Shown: positions 40,395 through 49,956 of the stretch, in pieces | Numbering within the stretch: the stretch's first letter is position 1 | Layout: every line of letters starts with the position of its first letter | Assembly: GCA_965218295.1 (NCBI GenBank) | Contig: CBDCKN010000013.1 | Span: forward strand, 32,001 to 96,000 | Reading direction: 5' to 3' | DNA from: Longimicrobiales bacterium | GTDB lineage: Bacteria > Gemmatimonadota > Gemmatimonadetes > Longimicrobiales > Gaopeijiaceae | DNA: 64,000 nt | The notes under the pieces: model-generated | Database searches by the model: none | Told to the model about the DNA's origin: nothing | The model's input: only the letters and a program-made list of their open reading frames with translations | Translations under genes and position numbers: made by a program

Positions 40395-42119
40395 CTAAAA
40401 GAAGACGGGCTCCTTGTAGCTTCCGAAGACCACCTCCATGGCATGCCGGATTTCGTACAACGTGCAGTCGGTCCGTGCACAGTCGAGGATCGCCGGCACC
40501 ACGTTGCCACCGTCGCGACACACAGCTTCGAGGGTCTGTAAGGTCTCCTGCACGCGGTCGTCGTCCCTGAGGGCTCGAAGCTCGGCCATGCGCCGACGCT
40601 GACGCTCCTCCACGGACGCATCGATCTTGAGGGTATCGATCTCGATGTCCTCCGAGCCCTCTGTGAACTCGTTCACGCCCACCACCAGCCGCCGGGACGA
40701 CTCCACTTCGTCCTGCAGGCGTAGGGCCGAGTGCGCGATCTCGGATTGGAAGAAGCCCGTCTCGATGCCCGGAACGACCCCGCCCTGCTCGTCGATCTGC
40801 CGGAAGAGGTCGAGGGCCTCGGCCTCGAGCCGGTCCGTAAGGGATTCCACGTAATAGGAGCCCGCCAGCGGATCGATGGTGTTGGGCACGCCGCTCTCGT
40901 AGGCGAGGATCTGCTGTGTACGAAGCGCGATCCGGACGGTCTTCTCCGTGGGGAGCGCCAGGGTCTCGTCCATGGAGTTGGTGTGTAGCGATTGGGTTCC
41001 ACCCAGCACGGCGGCCATGGCCTGGTAGGCAACGCGCACGATGTTGTTCTCGGGCTGCTGCGCCATGAGGCTCACCCCGGCAGTCTGTGCGTGGGTACGG
41101 AGCCTCCACGCGTCCGGATTCGTGGCGCCATATGTGTCGCGCATGGCCCGAGCCCAGATCCGTCGCGCCGCCCGGAACTTCGCGATCTCCTCGAAGAAGT
41201 CGTTGTGGACGTCGAAGAAGAACGAGAGCCGTGGAGCGAAGCGGTTCACGTCCAGGCCCCGCTCTATTCCCCTCTCCACGTACTCGAAGCCGTTCCTCAG
41301 CGTGAACGCCAGCTCCTGGGCGGCCGTGGCACCGGCCTCCCGAATGTGGTAGCCGGATATGGAGATCGGGTTGTACTTGGGCGCGTGCTCCGAGCACCAC
41401 TCGAACATGTCGACGACGCAGCGCAGCGCAGGCTCAGGCGGGAAGATCCAGGCGTGCTGCGCCTGGTACTCCTTGAGGATGTCGTTCTGGACGGTACCTC
41501 GGAGCTTATCCGGCGAGATGCCTTGCCGCTCGGCCGCCGCCACGTAGAAGCAGTAGAGGATGACGGCCGGCCCGTTGATGGTCATGGAGACCGAGACCTG
41601 GTCGAGGGGGATGCCCTCGAAGAGCGTCTCCATGTCGTGCAGGGATGAGATGGCCACCCCGCAGACACCCACTTCCCCCAGAGAACGCGGGTGGTCGCTG
41701 TCGTAGCCCATCAGGGTGGGAAAGTCGAAGGCCACGGACAGGCCCGTGGTGCCGTGGTTCAGAAGGTACCTGTACCGCTCGTTCGTCTCCTCGGACGTGG
41801 CGAAGCCCGCGAATTGACGCATGGTCCAGAGGCGCGTGCGGTACATGGTGGAGTAGGGACCACGAGTGAACGGGAACCGGCCGGGAACCCCCAGGGCATC
41901 CTCGTAGCTCTCAGCCCCTGCCCGGTCGGCCGGCGTGTAGAGCGGCTTTACGTCCATACCGGAAAGAGTCGTGAAGAGCCCGTCCCGCGTGGGCGTCGCC
42001 TCGAACTCCTCCTCCCACGCCTTCAGCTGCTCCCGCAGCCTGTCGATCTCGGCCTTCTGTGCGGCCACCTGCTCCATCAGGTCGCCGGGAGAAGTCATAT
42101 CCCGTTCAAGAGTGGACAT
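40395..42119 (-). CDS. icmA: Acyl-CoA mutase large subunit, isobutyryl-CoA mutase type
   Basis: PFTRGPY, WTMRQFAGF (F, not Y), KEYQAQH (Q, not R), ISGYHIREAG, GGTQSLHTN. Confidence 0.8.
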   Translation of the reverse strand: MSTLERDMTSPGDLMEQVAAQKAEIDRLREQLKAWEEEFEATPTRDGLFTTLSGMDVKPLYTPADRAGAESYEDALGVPGRFPFTRGPYSTMYRTRLWTMRQFAGFATSEETNERYRYLLNHGTTGLSVAFDFPTLMGYDSDHPRSLGEVGVCGVAISSLHDMETLFEGIPLDQVSVSMTINGPAVILYCFYVAAAERQGISPDKLRGTVQNDILKEYQAQHAWIFPPEPALRCVVDMFEWCSEHAPKYNPISISGYHIREAGATAAQELAFTLRNGFEYVERGIERGLDVNRFAPRLSFFFDVHNDFFEEIAKFRAARRIWARAMRDTYGATNPDAWRLRTHAQTAGVSLMAQQPENNIVRVAYQAMAAVLGGTQSLHTNSMDETLALPTEKTVRIALRTQQILAYESGVPNTIDPLAGSYYVESLTDRLEAEALDLFRQIDEQGGVVPGIETGFFQSEIAHSALRLQDEVESSRRLVVGVNEFTEGSEDIEIDTLKIDASVEERQRRRMAELRALRDDDRVQETLQTLEAVCRDGGNVVPAILDCARTDCTLYEIRHAMEVVFGSYKEPVFF

Positions 42120-42128
42120 GGTCGAAGT

Positions 42129-43223
42129 CTACCCATCTTCAGTGGAAATGTCCCGGCTCAGCAGATCGCTCAGGATGGACGAAGAGACTGAGTAGGGAGT
42201 CGCTTCACCGTGCTGGATCCGGTCCAGACCTTCCTCCAGGAGAGCAGCCGTGCTCTCGCGCCCCCACAAGATTCCGCGGAGCTCCCGGTCGGCCACCTCT
42301 CGAACCCTGACGGCCGCCCTGGCTCTGCGCCGCGCCCCGAGCTCCCCTGACTCGCTCAGAAACGCCCCGTGCTCGTCGATGGCGGCCAGAAGCTCTGGAA
42401 CCCCCTCACCCGTCTGGGCCACGGTCTTGAGGACCGGGATCTCCCAGGCAGGCCCCTCCTCTACTTCCGGATCGGGGGTGACCTGCTTTTTCTTGCCCAG
42501 ACGCGACAGATCGACACCGTGGTGGGCCGGCACGCCACTCAGGGCCTTCCCCGCCTTCAGGTGCAGCGCCACCCGCAGATCCTTGAGCAGGCGGTCTGCT
42601 CCGGGGCGGTCGGCCTTGTTCACCACGAAGATGTCGGCGATCTCCATGAGCCCCGCCTTCATGGCCTGGATGCCGTCGCCTGACTCCGGCACGAGAACGA
42701 CCACGATCGTGTCCGCCGCCCCCGTGATCTCAAGCTCGGTCTGACCCACACCCACCGTCTCGACGATTATGCGGCCGAACCCGAACGCATCCATGAGGTC
42801 GATGACCTCCTTGGTGGTGGTGGCAAGCCCTCCCAAGGAGCCACGGGTCGCCATGGAGCGGATGAAGATCCCCTCGTCGGTCGACAATTCATTCATGCGG
42901 ATCCGATCACCCAGGAGCGCGCCTCCCGAGTACAGCGACGTGGGGTCCACCGCCACGATGCCCACCTCGTCACCCTGGGAGCGGCACAGGGTCGCGAGGT
43001 CGGCGATGAGGCTGGACTTCCCTGCACCCGGCGGGCCGGTCATCCCCAGGCGGCGTGCCTGGGGCCCCTGATCGAGTGCACGGTGCAGAAAGCCCTGAAA
43101 GGACGGGCGCTCGCCCTCGATCACCGAAATGGCCCTCGCCAGGGCCACGCGCTTTCCTGCTCGGAACCGATCGAGCAGCGATTCGAGCTCGTCGGGGAGC
43201 GGCTTCAGGAGCTCTTCGGTCAC
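42129..43223 (-). CDS. meaB: MeaB/ArgK GTPase chaperone
   Basis: GPPGAGKS, LLGDRIRM, ETVGVGQ.E, GDGIQAMKAG.ME, NKAD. Confidence 0.95.
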   Translation of the reverse strand: MTEELLKPLPDELESLLDRFRAGKRVALARAISVIEGERPSFQGFLHRALDQGPQARRLGMTGPPGAGKSSLIADLATLCRSQGDEVGIVAVDPTSLYSGGALLGDRIRMNELSTDEGIFIRSMATRGSLGGLATTTKEVIDLMDAFGFGRIIVETVGVGQTELEITGAADTIVVVLVPESGDGIQAMKAGLMEIADIFVVNKADRPGADRLLKDLRVALHLKAGKALSGVPAHHGVDLSRLGKKKQVTPDPEVEEGPAWEIPVLKTVAQTGEGVPELLAAIDEHGAFLSESGELGARRRARAAVRVREVADRELRGILWGRESTAALLEEGLDRIQHGEATPYSVSSSILSDLLSRDISTEDG

Positions 43224-44881
43224 CGGTCGCGCTCACCAGGGCGGATGCGCCGGGCGTGACGCAGGGGATTCTCGAGAAGATGCGTCGGGATGAAGAACAC
43301 CAGCACGAACATGAGGAGCGCCACGGCGAGTCCCGCCACAAGTAGCCACACGCTCCGCACCGAGATGTAGAGGATCGACGAGATGACGGCCGTGGCGGTG
43401 GCGAAGATACTGAGGCTGATGCGACGGGCCTGGAGGTGCAGGAAGCGCTCCTGGCCCTGAATGTCTCGGGGATGTACGCGGACCCGGAGCTCATCACGCT
43501 CGGCCCGAGTCAGAAGGTCCATCATCGTGCGGAGGGCTGTCTGAGCCTCGCCGAGCAGGTCCCTGGCGACGGCGACCGGCTGGCGGGCCGCCGTCTTCAC
43601 GATCTCGCCCCGCACGTCTCGGACCACTCGTTTCAGCACGCCGAGGCCGTCGAAATTCCGGTCGTAACGGATCCCGAGCCCCTCCAGGAGGGCCGAGGTC
43701 CTGAAGAAGTAGACGAGCTCCTGGGGAAGCATGATGGGCCACGTGTAGAACGTGTCAAAGATCTCGTGGACCATCTCCTCGATGCGGTCCCGGTTCGAGG
43801 TCCGCACCCGGGCCATGATCGCGAGGATCTCCGTGGCCGCCTCCCGGATCTCGCCCCTGGAGACCTCGGGACTGATCATGCCGAGCCGGTACATGCCGTT
43901 GATCATCCCGTCCAGGTCGTCTCTCTCAACCGCCAACGCGAGATCGAGGATGTACTCCCGGGTCCAGCGAGGCACGTCGAGGACCATTCCCCAGTCGAGG
44001 ACGACGATGGTCCCGTCCTCCTGCACCAGGAGATTGCCCGGATGGGGATCCGCGTGGAGGAATCCATCCACCATCATCATCCGGAGGTAGAGGCCGGTGA
44101 GTCTCTCCATCAGCTCCGTGAACCGGAGACGGCCCGACGCGAAGAAGTCGTCCAGCTGATCGATCTTCGTCCCCGGGCAGCGCTCCATCACCAGGACCCG
44201 GCGTCGCGTGTAGTCAGGCAGCACTTCGGGGGCCCTGACCTTGGGATCGTCCCTGAAGTGACGCCGGAAGCGCTCGATGTTGTCGGCCTCGTGGTGGAAG
44301 TCCATCTCCTCCCGAACGCGGTGCGAGAATTCCCGAACCACGTTCGTCAGAACCTGGATGTGATGGTTGGGGAAGAGGATGTTGAGCCAGTAGAGGAGCG
44401 TGAACCCGATGTCGAGATCCAGGGCCACCAGCTCTTCCACCCCGGGCCGCAGGACCTTTACCACCACATCGCGACCCGCCACGACGGCACCGTGGACCTG
44501 GCCGAGGCTCGCCGCCGCCATGGGCTCTCGCTCGAACTCGTCGAAGGCTTCGTCCACCGAGCGCCCGAGATCCTCCTCGAGCAGAGCGATGATCTGGTCC
44601 GGCGGGTCCGGTGGAGCCTGATCCTGGAGCATCCCGATAGCGTTCAGGTACGGCTCGGGAAAGATGTCGGCCCTGGCCGACAGCAGTTGCGCGAGCTTGA
44701 TGAAGGTGGGGCCGAGACCCGCCACCCGGGCCACCAGCTTGTCCGCCCTCCGCCGATGATGGCGCTCGCTGCGCCGGGCGGGGCGCCCCAGAACGATCCA
44801 CCGCTTCCGGTCTCGCAGGAAAGCCACCACAAAAGGCGTAAGCCCTGTGAGAACCCGAATCCCCCGGAAGAGGCGCTTCAC
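43220..44881 (-). CDS. ABC1/UbiB (AarF) family atypical kinase
   Basis: GPTFIKLAQ, AAASLGQVH, VVKV.RPG, HADPHPGN, DWGM; C-terminal TMs. Confidence 0.92.
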   Translation of the reverse strand: MKRLFRGIRVLTGLTPFVVAFLRDRKRWIVLGRPARRSERHHRRRADKLVARVAGLGPTFIKLAQLLSARADIFPEPYLNAIGMLQDQAPPDPPDQIIALLEEDLGRSVDEAFDEFEREPMAAASLGQVHGAVVAGRDVVVKVLRPGVEELVALDLDIGFTLLYWLNILFPNHHIQVLTNVVREFSHRVREEMDFHHEADNIERFRRHFRDDPKVRAPEVLPDYTRRRVLVMERCPGTKIDQLDDFFASGRLRFTELMERLTGLYLRMMMVDGFLHADPHPGNLLVQEDGTIVVLDWGMVLDVPRWTREYILDLALAVERDDLDGMINGMYRLGMISPEVSRGEIREAATEILAIMARVRTSNRDRIEEMVHEIFDTFYTWPIMLPQELVYFFRTSALLEGLGIRYDRNFDGLGVLKRVVRDVRGEIVKTAARQPVAVARDLLGEAQTALRTMMDLLTRAERDELRVRVHPRDIQGQERFLHLQARRISLSIFATATAVISSILYISVRSVWLLVAGLAVALLMFVLVFFIPTHLLENPLRHARRIRPGERDR

Positions 44882-44908
44882 AACGACGCTCGATCGATCG
44901 AGGGCACG

Positions 44909-46276
44909 CTAGAGCATCACGGTCGCGAGCCCAAGGAGCAGCAAGAAGCCCGTCATGTCCGTGAGGGCCGTGAGGAAGACCGTCGATGCCACAGCTGGAT
45001 CCTGTCCCCTGCGGTCAAGGAATGTCGGAATGAAGGAGCCGGCGAACCCGGCCATGGCGATGTTTCCCCACATGGCGAGCAGCACCACGAGCCCGAGCCG
45101 GGGGTCGGCGCCCGTGACATCGGCAAGGGCCGCGGCGCCAGCGGCCACGACCGCACCGATGACCGCACCGTTCAGCAGCGCCACCCGGAGCTCCTTGCCG
45201 ACCATATGGTCGCGGCTCTCCAGGGGGCCACCCGACGTGGCCAGCCGGCGGATCGTCACGGCCAACGCCTGCTGTCCGGCATTGCCGCCGAGACCGGCTA
45301 CTACCGGCATCGCCACGGCGAGGAGGGTGGCGGCGGCGATCTGGTCCCGGAAGAGCCAGACAACGGCGGCAGCGAAGCTGGCCGTCAAGGTGTTCAGGAG
45401 AAGCCAGGGAAGCCGCGTGCGGACCGCGTCCCGCGAGCTCCCGCGTAGCTCCTCGTCGTCGGACACGCCGGAAAAGAGGAGCAGGTCCTCGGTGGTCTCC
45501 GCTTCGAGAACGTCGATGACGTCGTCGAAGGTCACCCGACCCAGAAGGATCCCGTCCTCCGAGACCACGGGGATGGACACGAGGTTGTAGCGGCTGATCA
45601 GGTGCCCCACGTCCTCCTGGTCCGCATCGGGAGTCACCGAAGCGACGACGGGCTCCACCAGGTTCTCGACGGGCTCGTGCGTTTCCGCAAGGATCAGATC
45701 GTCCAGGGGGACGGTGCCCAGCAGCCGGGACTCGCCGTCGACTACGAACACGGTGTAGAAGTTCTCCACCTCGCGGCCCTGCACCCGCACCACCCCGATG
45801 GCCTCCCCCGCGGTGACTGTGCCCAACACCGAGACCAGGGCCGTGGTCATGATGCCGCCGGCGGTCTCCTCGTCGTATTGGAGAAGGTCCCGGATCTCTC
45901 CGGCCTCGTCGGCCGAAAGCTCGGCCAGGATGCGGTCCCGGTCCTCGGGCTCCAGCTCTCCGATGAGGTCAGCCGCATCGTCGTCGGGAAGCTCGTGGAG
46001 GAGCTCCGCGCCCTCGGTGGGCTCCAGAGCAGCCAGGAGCTCCGCCCGGGCGTCCCCCTCCTCCATCTCGGCGAGGGCCTCGGAGGCGAGCTCCGCCGGG
46101 AGGGCGCGCACCAGGGCCAGGCGCGTCTCCTCGTCCACCGACTCCACTACATCGGCGATATCCGAAGGATGGAGCTCGGCCAGAAACGCCTCCAAGGCCC
46201 CCATGTCGCCCCGGTCTACGAGGGTGGCCATGCGCTCCCAGAGATCGAGAGAATCCTGAGTCTGGCTGGTGCTCAT
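44909..46276 (-). CDS. mgtE: Magnesium transporter MgtE
   Basis: MgtE_N, CBS pair, RLPWL..N, GGNAGQQA, DPAVAS..F.T..TD. Confidence 0.95.
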   Translation of the reverse strand: MSTSQTQDSLDLWERMATLVDRGDMGALEAFLAELHPSDIADVVESVDEETRLALVRALPAELASEALAEMEEGDARAELLAALEPTEGAELLHELPDDDAADLIGELEPEDRDRILAELSADEAGEIRDLLQYDEETAGGIMTTALVSVLGTVTAGEAIGVVRVQGREVENFYTVFVVDGESRLLGTVPLDDLILAETHEPVENLVEPVVASVTPDADQEDVGHLISRYNLVSIPVVSEDGILLGRVTFDDVIDVLEAETTEDLLLFSGVSDDEELRGSSRDAVRTRLPWLLLNTLTASFAAAVVWLFRDQIAAATLLAVAMPVVAGLGGNAGQQALAVTIRRLATSGGPLESRDHMVGKELRVALLNGAVIGAVVAAGAAALADVTGADPRLGLVVLLAMWGNIAMAGFAGSFIPTFLDRRGQDPAVASTVFLTALTDMTGFLLLLGLATVML

Positions 46277-46295
46277 GCCCCGGAGAGTGGGGCGC

Positions 46296-46727
46296 TCAAG
46301 ACGCTTCGTCCAGTAGCTCCCGTAGAAGTCGCTCCTGGAGCTGAAACATCTCGCTTTCGAAGCGGGCTTCGGTCTCGGGATGACCGTGTCCCAAGACATG
46401 GAGCGTGCCGTGGATCGCCAGGCGCACGAGCTCCTCGATCAGGGGAACGGCCATCTCACCCGCCTGACGCACCGCCTGCTCGTGCCCGACGTAGATGTCT
46501 CCGAGCAGGGACTCTCCCTCTTCGTGGAGCGTGAAAGCGATGACGTCGGTGGGCCGGTCCCGCCCCAGGTAGGTGCGATTGAGCTCACGGATGGCCTGGT
46601 CGTCGAGGAGGGCAAGTGAGATCTCACCGTCGGTGACGCCGGCGTCACGCAAGACCAAGTCCACGGCAGAGCGAAGCAGATCCTCGGACACGCCCTCCGC
46701 GGCACCGAGCGAGACCTGAACCTCCAA
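46296..46727 (-). CDS. ybeY: rRNA maturation RNase YbeY
   Basis: LN..Y...D.PTDVI.F, HG.LH.LG.GH. Confidence 0.93.
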   Translation of the reverse strand: MEVQVSLGAAEGVSEDLLRSAVDLVLRDAGVTDGEISLALLDDQAIRELNRTYLGRDRPTDVIAFTLHEEGESLLGDIYVGHEQAVRQAGEMAVPLIEELVRLAIHGTLHVLGHGHPETEARFESEMFQLQERLLRELLDEAS

Positions 46728-46732
46728 TCGGC

Positions 46733-48976
46733 TCAGACCCCTTCGTCGGCCGGGCTACTTTGGGCCTCCGTCAGATGCTGCGTGGTCGGGTAGTCGATGC
46801 GGTGGTGGTAGATGCCACTCAGGACCTGCACGAACGTGTCCTTGAGCAGGGTGATCTCGCGCAACGTCAGAGGAGCCTCATCGAGCTGCCCGTCCTGCTG
46901 CTTGCCCTCGACGATGCCGTCCACCAGGCTCCGCACCCGCTCGGGCGTCGGCTCCTGAAGCACCCGGGTGGCCGATTCGATGGAGTCCGCCATCATGGCG
47001 ATGGCCGTCTCCTTCGACTGAGGCTTGGGGCCTGGATACCGGAAATCGGCCTCGTCTACGTTCTCTTCGCCGAACTCCTCCTTCGCCCGCTCGTGGAAGA
47101 AGGCGATGAGCTGAGAGCCGTGATGTTCGGTGATGAAGTGCTGCACGATCTCGGGCAGCTTCTCCTCTCGGGCCAGCCTGAGGCCCTCGGTGACGTGCTC
47201 CCGCACGATGGAGGCCGAAGTGTCGGGCTTCAGCTTGTCGTGGGGGTTCCTGCCCTCGGGCTGGTTCTCCACGAAGTAGTGGGGCTTCAACACCTTGCCC
47301 ACATCGTGGTAGTAGAGGCCTACCCGGCAGAGAAGCCCGTGGGCCCCGATGGAGTTGGCGGCCATCTCACCGAGATTCGCCACGTTGATCGTGTGGGCGT
47401 AGCTCCCGGGCGCCTCCAGGGACAGACGCCGCAGGAGCGAACGGTTCGGGTCCGCCCACTCCAGGAGCGTCTGGTCCGTGGTGATCCCGGTGAACCACTC
47501 GAAGACGGGCACGAAGCCCATGGCGATGATCGCACTCAGGGCCGCATTCGCCCCGGCCCACCCCAGCGAGGCGACAACCGGCCCAGCCGAGCGCTCCTCC
47601 AGAAGAGCCAGGGCCAGAAGGGTCACGGCATAGGCCCCCGTGATGATGGCTACGAACACCCACGTTTGCGCCCTGCGCCGGACGACCCGTACGCTCATGG
47701 CGGCCGCGGCACCACCGACCAGGGTGGGAAATAGCACATCCACGCGCCCGAACGGGGGCTGCGCCACCGTCAGCACGGCCAAGACCAGCCCCAGGACCAG
47801 AGCGATCCTGGAGTCCCAGAGGACCGCCACGGTCAAGGTGACGAACGCCACCGGCAACGCCTCGGGAGGGAAGCCGTTCCCCGCGACGAGCCGCGCGAGG
47901 ACGAAGTAGGTGACCACCAGTCCGGCCTGCAGGATGATCCAGCGGAGGGAGGCGTAGATCAGAGGGCGGATGAAGTAGACGAGCACACCGAACACCGAGA
48001 GGATCGTCAGGTTCAGGAGGAAGGCACCGAAAATCACTCCGAAGCGAAGCCCCGGCTCCTCCAGCTGCTGGCGCCGCCGCAACTCCGCCTCGTACGCGTT
48101 CAGGCGCGCCAGGTCCTCTCGGGTGATGGGCTCGTTGGCCCTCACGATGGCCTCCTGCAGCACCACGTTCCCTTTGGTCGTGGGGACCGCCTGCCGGGCC
48201 TGTTCGCGGTCGTCCTGGGTGGTCGAGGGGGCGAAGTCCAGCGAATAGACCGTGTGGCGGATCATGATGAGCCGGAGGAGCTCGCTGAGCTCAGGGCTGG
48301 GTGTCAGGAGCTGACTGACGACCCGGTCCTGGAACTCACGGCCCGCGAGAACGCCATCGCTCGATACCGAGCGCCTGCTCTCCACGTCGGGATCCTGGAA
48401 CAGGACCCGCTCCGCCGTGAGCTGCTGAGCCTGACTAGCTTCCATGACTCCCTGGGCGGCGTACTGCCGAGCCCCGGAGACGGCCGTGGTACGCAGGAAC
48501 CCGCGTGTCTCGTCGTCCATGAGCAGCGTGGCCTGTTCCAACCTCGCGACCACGGAAGACACCAACAGGAAACGGCGCAGCGCCTCCGGATCACCTGCTG
48601 AAGCGATAGTGTCGAGCTGATCGAAGAATCGGCCCAGCCGGACCTCCATCGTATCGCCGGCTTCCGGCCGGAAGTCGAAGGTGGGCGGAACACCGGCCGC
48701 GGCATCCGCCCGTTCGCGCTGCAGCTCGGCAACGGATTTGGGGACGGCGAAGGGCACCTCCGCGATCACGGGCTCCGTCAGGACCATGCCTACCGAGTAG
48801 CGGCCTACAGTGGACCGTCCCATGGGAGGAAAGAGCGCCGTCACGATGGCCGCCACGCCCACGATGAGCAGCCGCCGCGATCCATGATACAGCACCCCGT
48901 CCGGCCAGACGGGCCTGGGTTCTTCCGAATCTCCGTGGGAGATCGGGATCTGGCCTTCGCGACCGCTTCGGGTCAA
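46733..48976 (-). CDS. 7TM-HD phosphohydrolase (PgpH-like cyclic dinucleotide phosphodiesterase)
   Basis: Extracellular domain, 7 TMs, APGSY.H, YHDVGK...FVENQ, EHHG, FRYPGPKP, ADS.E. Confidence 0.9.
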   Translation of the reverse strand: MTRSGREGQIPISHGDSEEPRPVWPDGVLYHGSRRLLIVGVAAIVTALFPPMGRSTVGRYSVGMVLTEPVIAEVPFAVPKSVAELQRERADAAAGVPPTFDFRPEAGDTMEVRLGRFFDQLDTIASAGDPEALRRFLLVSSVVARLEQATLLMDDETRGFLRTTAVSGARQYAAQGVMEASQAQQLTAERVLFQDPDVESRRSVSSDGVLAGREFQDRVVSQLLTPSPELSELLRLIMIRHTVYSLDFAPSTTQDDREQARQAVPTTKGNVVLQEAIVRANEPITREDLARLNAYEAELRRRQQLEEPGLRFGVIFGAFLLNLTILSVFGVLVYFIRPLIYASLRWIILQAGLVVTYFVLARLVAGNGFPPEALPVAFVTLTVAVLWDSRIALVLGLVLAVLTVAQPPFGRVDVLFPTLVGGAAAAMSVRVVRRRAQTWVFVAIITGAYAVTLLALALLEERSAGPVVASLGWAGANAALSAIIAMGFVPVFEWFTGITTDQTLLEWADPNRSLLRRLSLEAPGSYAHTINVANLGEMAANSIGAHGLLCRVGLYYHDVGKVLKPHYFVENQPEGRNPHDKLKPDTSASIVREHVTEGLRLAREEKLPEIVQHFITEHHGSQLIAFFHERAKEEFGEENVDEADFRYPGPKPQSKETAIAMMADSIESATRVLQEPTPERVRSLVDGIVEGKQQDGQLDEAPLTLREITLLKDTFVQVLSGIYHHRIDYPTTQHLTEAQSSPADEGV

Positions 48977-49956
48977 GAATCCCCCTCGGAGTCCGATCTG
49001 GCGTACGCCCGGATGATGTCCTTCACCAGCCGGTGCCGGATCACGTCCATGTCATCCAGATAGATGAACCGGATGCCGTCGATCCCACTCAAGAGAGCCT
49101 CGATCTGGAGCAGCCCGGAATCTTCCCTACGGGCCAGGTCGATCTGGGTCTTGTCACCCGTGATGACCACCTGGGAGTTCAGCCCCAGACGAGTCAGAAA
49201 CATCTTCATCTGAGCCGTCGTCGAGTTCTGGGCCTCGTCGAGAATCACGAAAGCGTCGGAGAGCGTCCGGCCCCGCATATAGGCCAGTGGGGCGATCTCG
49301 ATGGTCATGTCCTCGAGGGCCCGCCGCACCCGATCGGTGGGCATCATGTCCTCGAGGGCGTCGTAGAGAGGCCGCAAATATGGGTCGACCTTTTCCTGCA
49401 TGTCGCCGGGCAGGAAGCCGAGGCTTTCCCCCGCCTCGACGGCGGGCCGTGCGAGGACGATGCGCTTGACCCGCTTCTTATAGAGGGCGTCCACGGCCGC
49501 GGCCATCGCGAGGTAGGTCTTCCCGGTCCCTGCAGGGCCGATGCCGATGACGATGTCGTTGTCCAGGATGGAGCGGAGGTATTTCCGCTGCCCGTCCGAC
49601 TTGGGACGGATGACCTTGCGCGTGCCAGGCAGCGCGATGCCGACTTCGTCGTCCGGATGCACCACACCCTCGCCACCACGGGCGGCGAAGCCCTCGGCGA
49701 AGCGGGCGATATCGTTGGCGTCGAACGGGGCCCGAAGGCGCGAGAGCTCGATGAGGTGTTGTACGACGGGGACGGCCTGCTCCACCGCCACGAGCTCGCC
49801 GGAGAGGATGACATGATCGTTCCGCATGACCAGTCGAATGCCGAACAGCTTTGATACTTCCTGCAGGTTGGCGTCGTTCACGCCGGTGAACAGGAGAGGG
49901 TCTACTCCCTCCGCGTCCAGCCGGTGCTCGACTACGGTGCTTTGCCCTGACGTCAT
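48973..49956 (-). CDS. phoH: PhoH-like ATPase (YbeZ)
   Basis: GPAGTGKTYLA, RPAVEAGE.LGFLPGD, AYMRGRTL, DEAQN. Confidence 0.95.
   Translation of the reverse strand: MTSGQSTVVEHRLDAEGVDPLLFTGVNDANLQEVSKLFGIRLVMRNDHVILSGELVAVEQAVPVVQHLIELSRLRAPFDANDIARFAEGFAARGGEGVVHPDDEVGIALPGTRKVIRPKSDGQRKYLRSILDNDIVIGIGPAGTGKTYLAMAAAVDALYKKRVKRIVLARPAVEAGESLGFLPGDMQEKVDPYLRPLYDALEDMMPTDRVRRALEDMTIEIAPLAYMRGRTLSDAFVILDEAQNSTTAQMKMFLTRLGLNSQVVITGDKTQIDLARREDSGLLQIEALLSGIDGIRFIYLDDMDVIRHRLVKDIIRAYARSDSEGDS

Larger units (their letters stand above)
38270..40396 (-). mobile_element. Complete IS1595-family transporter IS with passenger genes (ISNwi1-like ends)
   Basis: Perfect 20-bp IR GGAATTATAAAGAAGGGTTG (38271-38290 / 40376-40395); 8-bp duplication AAAAGAAG (38262-38269 / 40397-40404); intact transposase. 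Confidence 0.92.
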
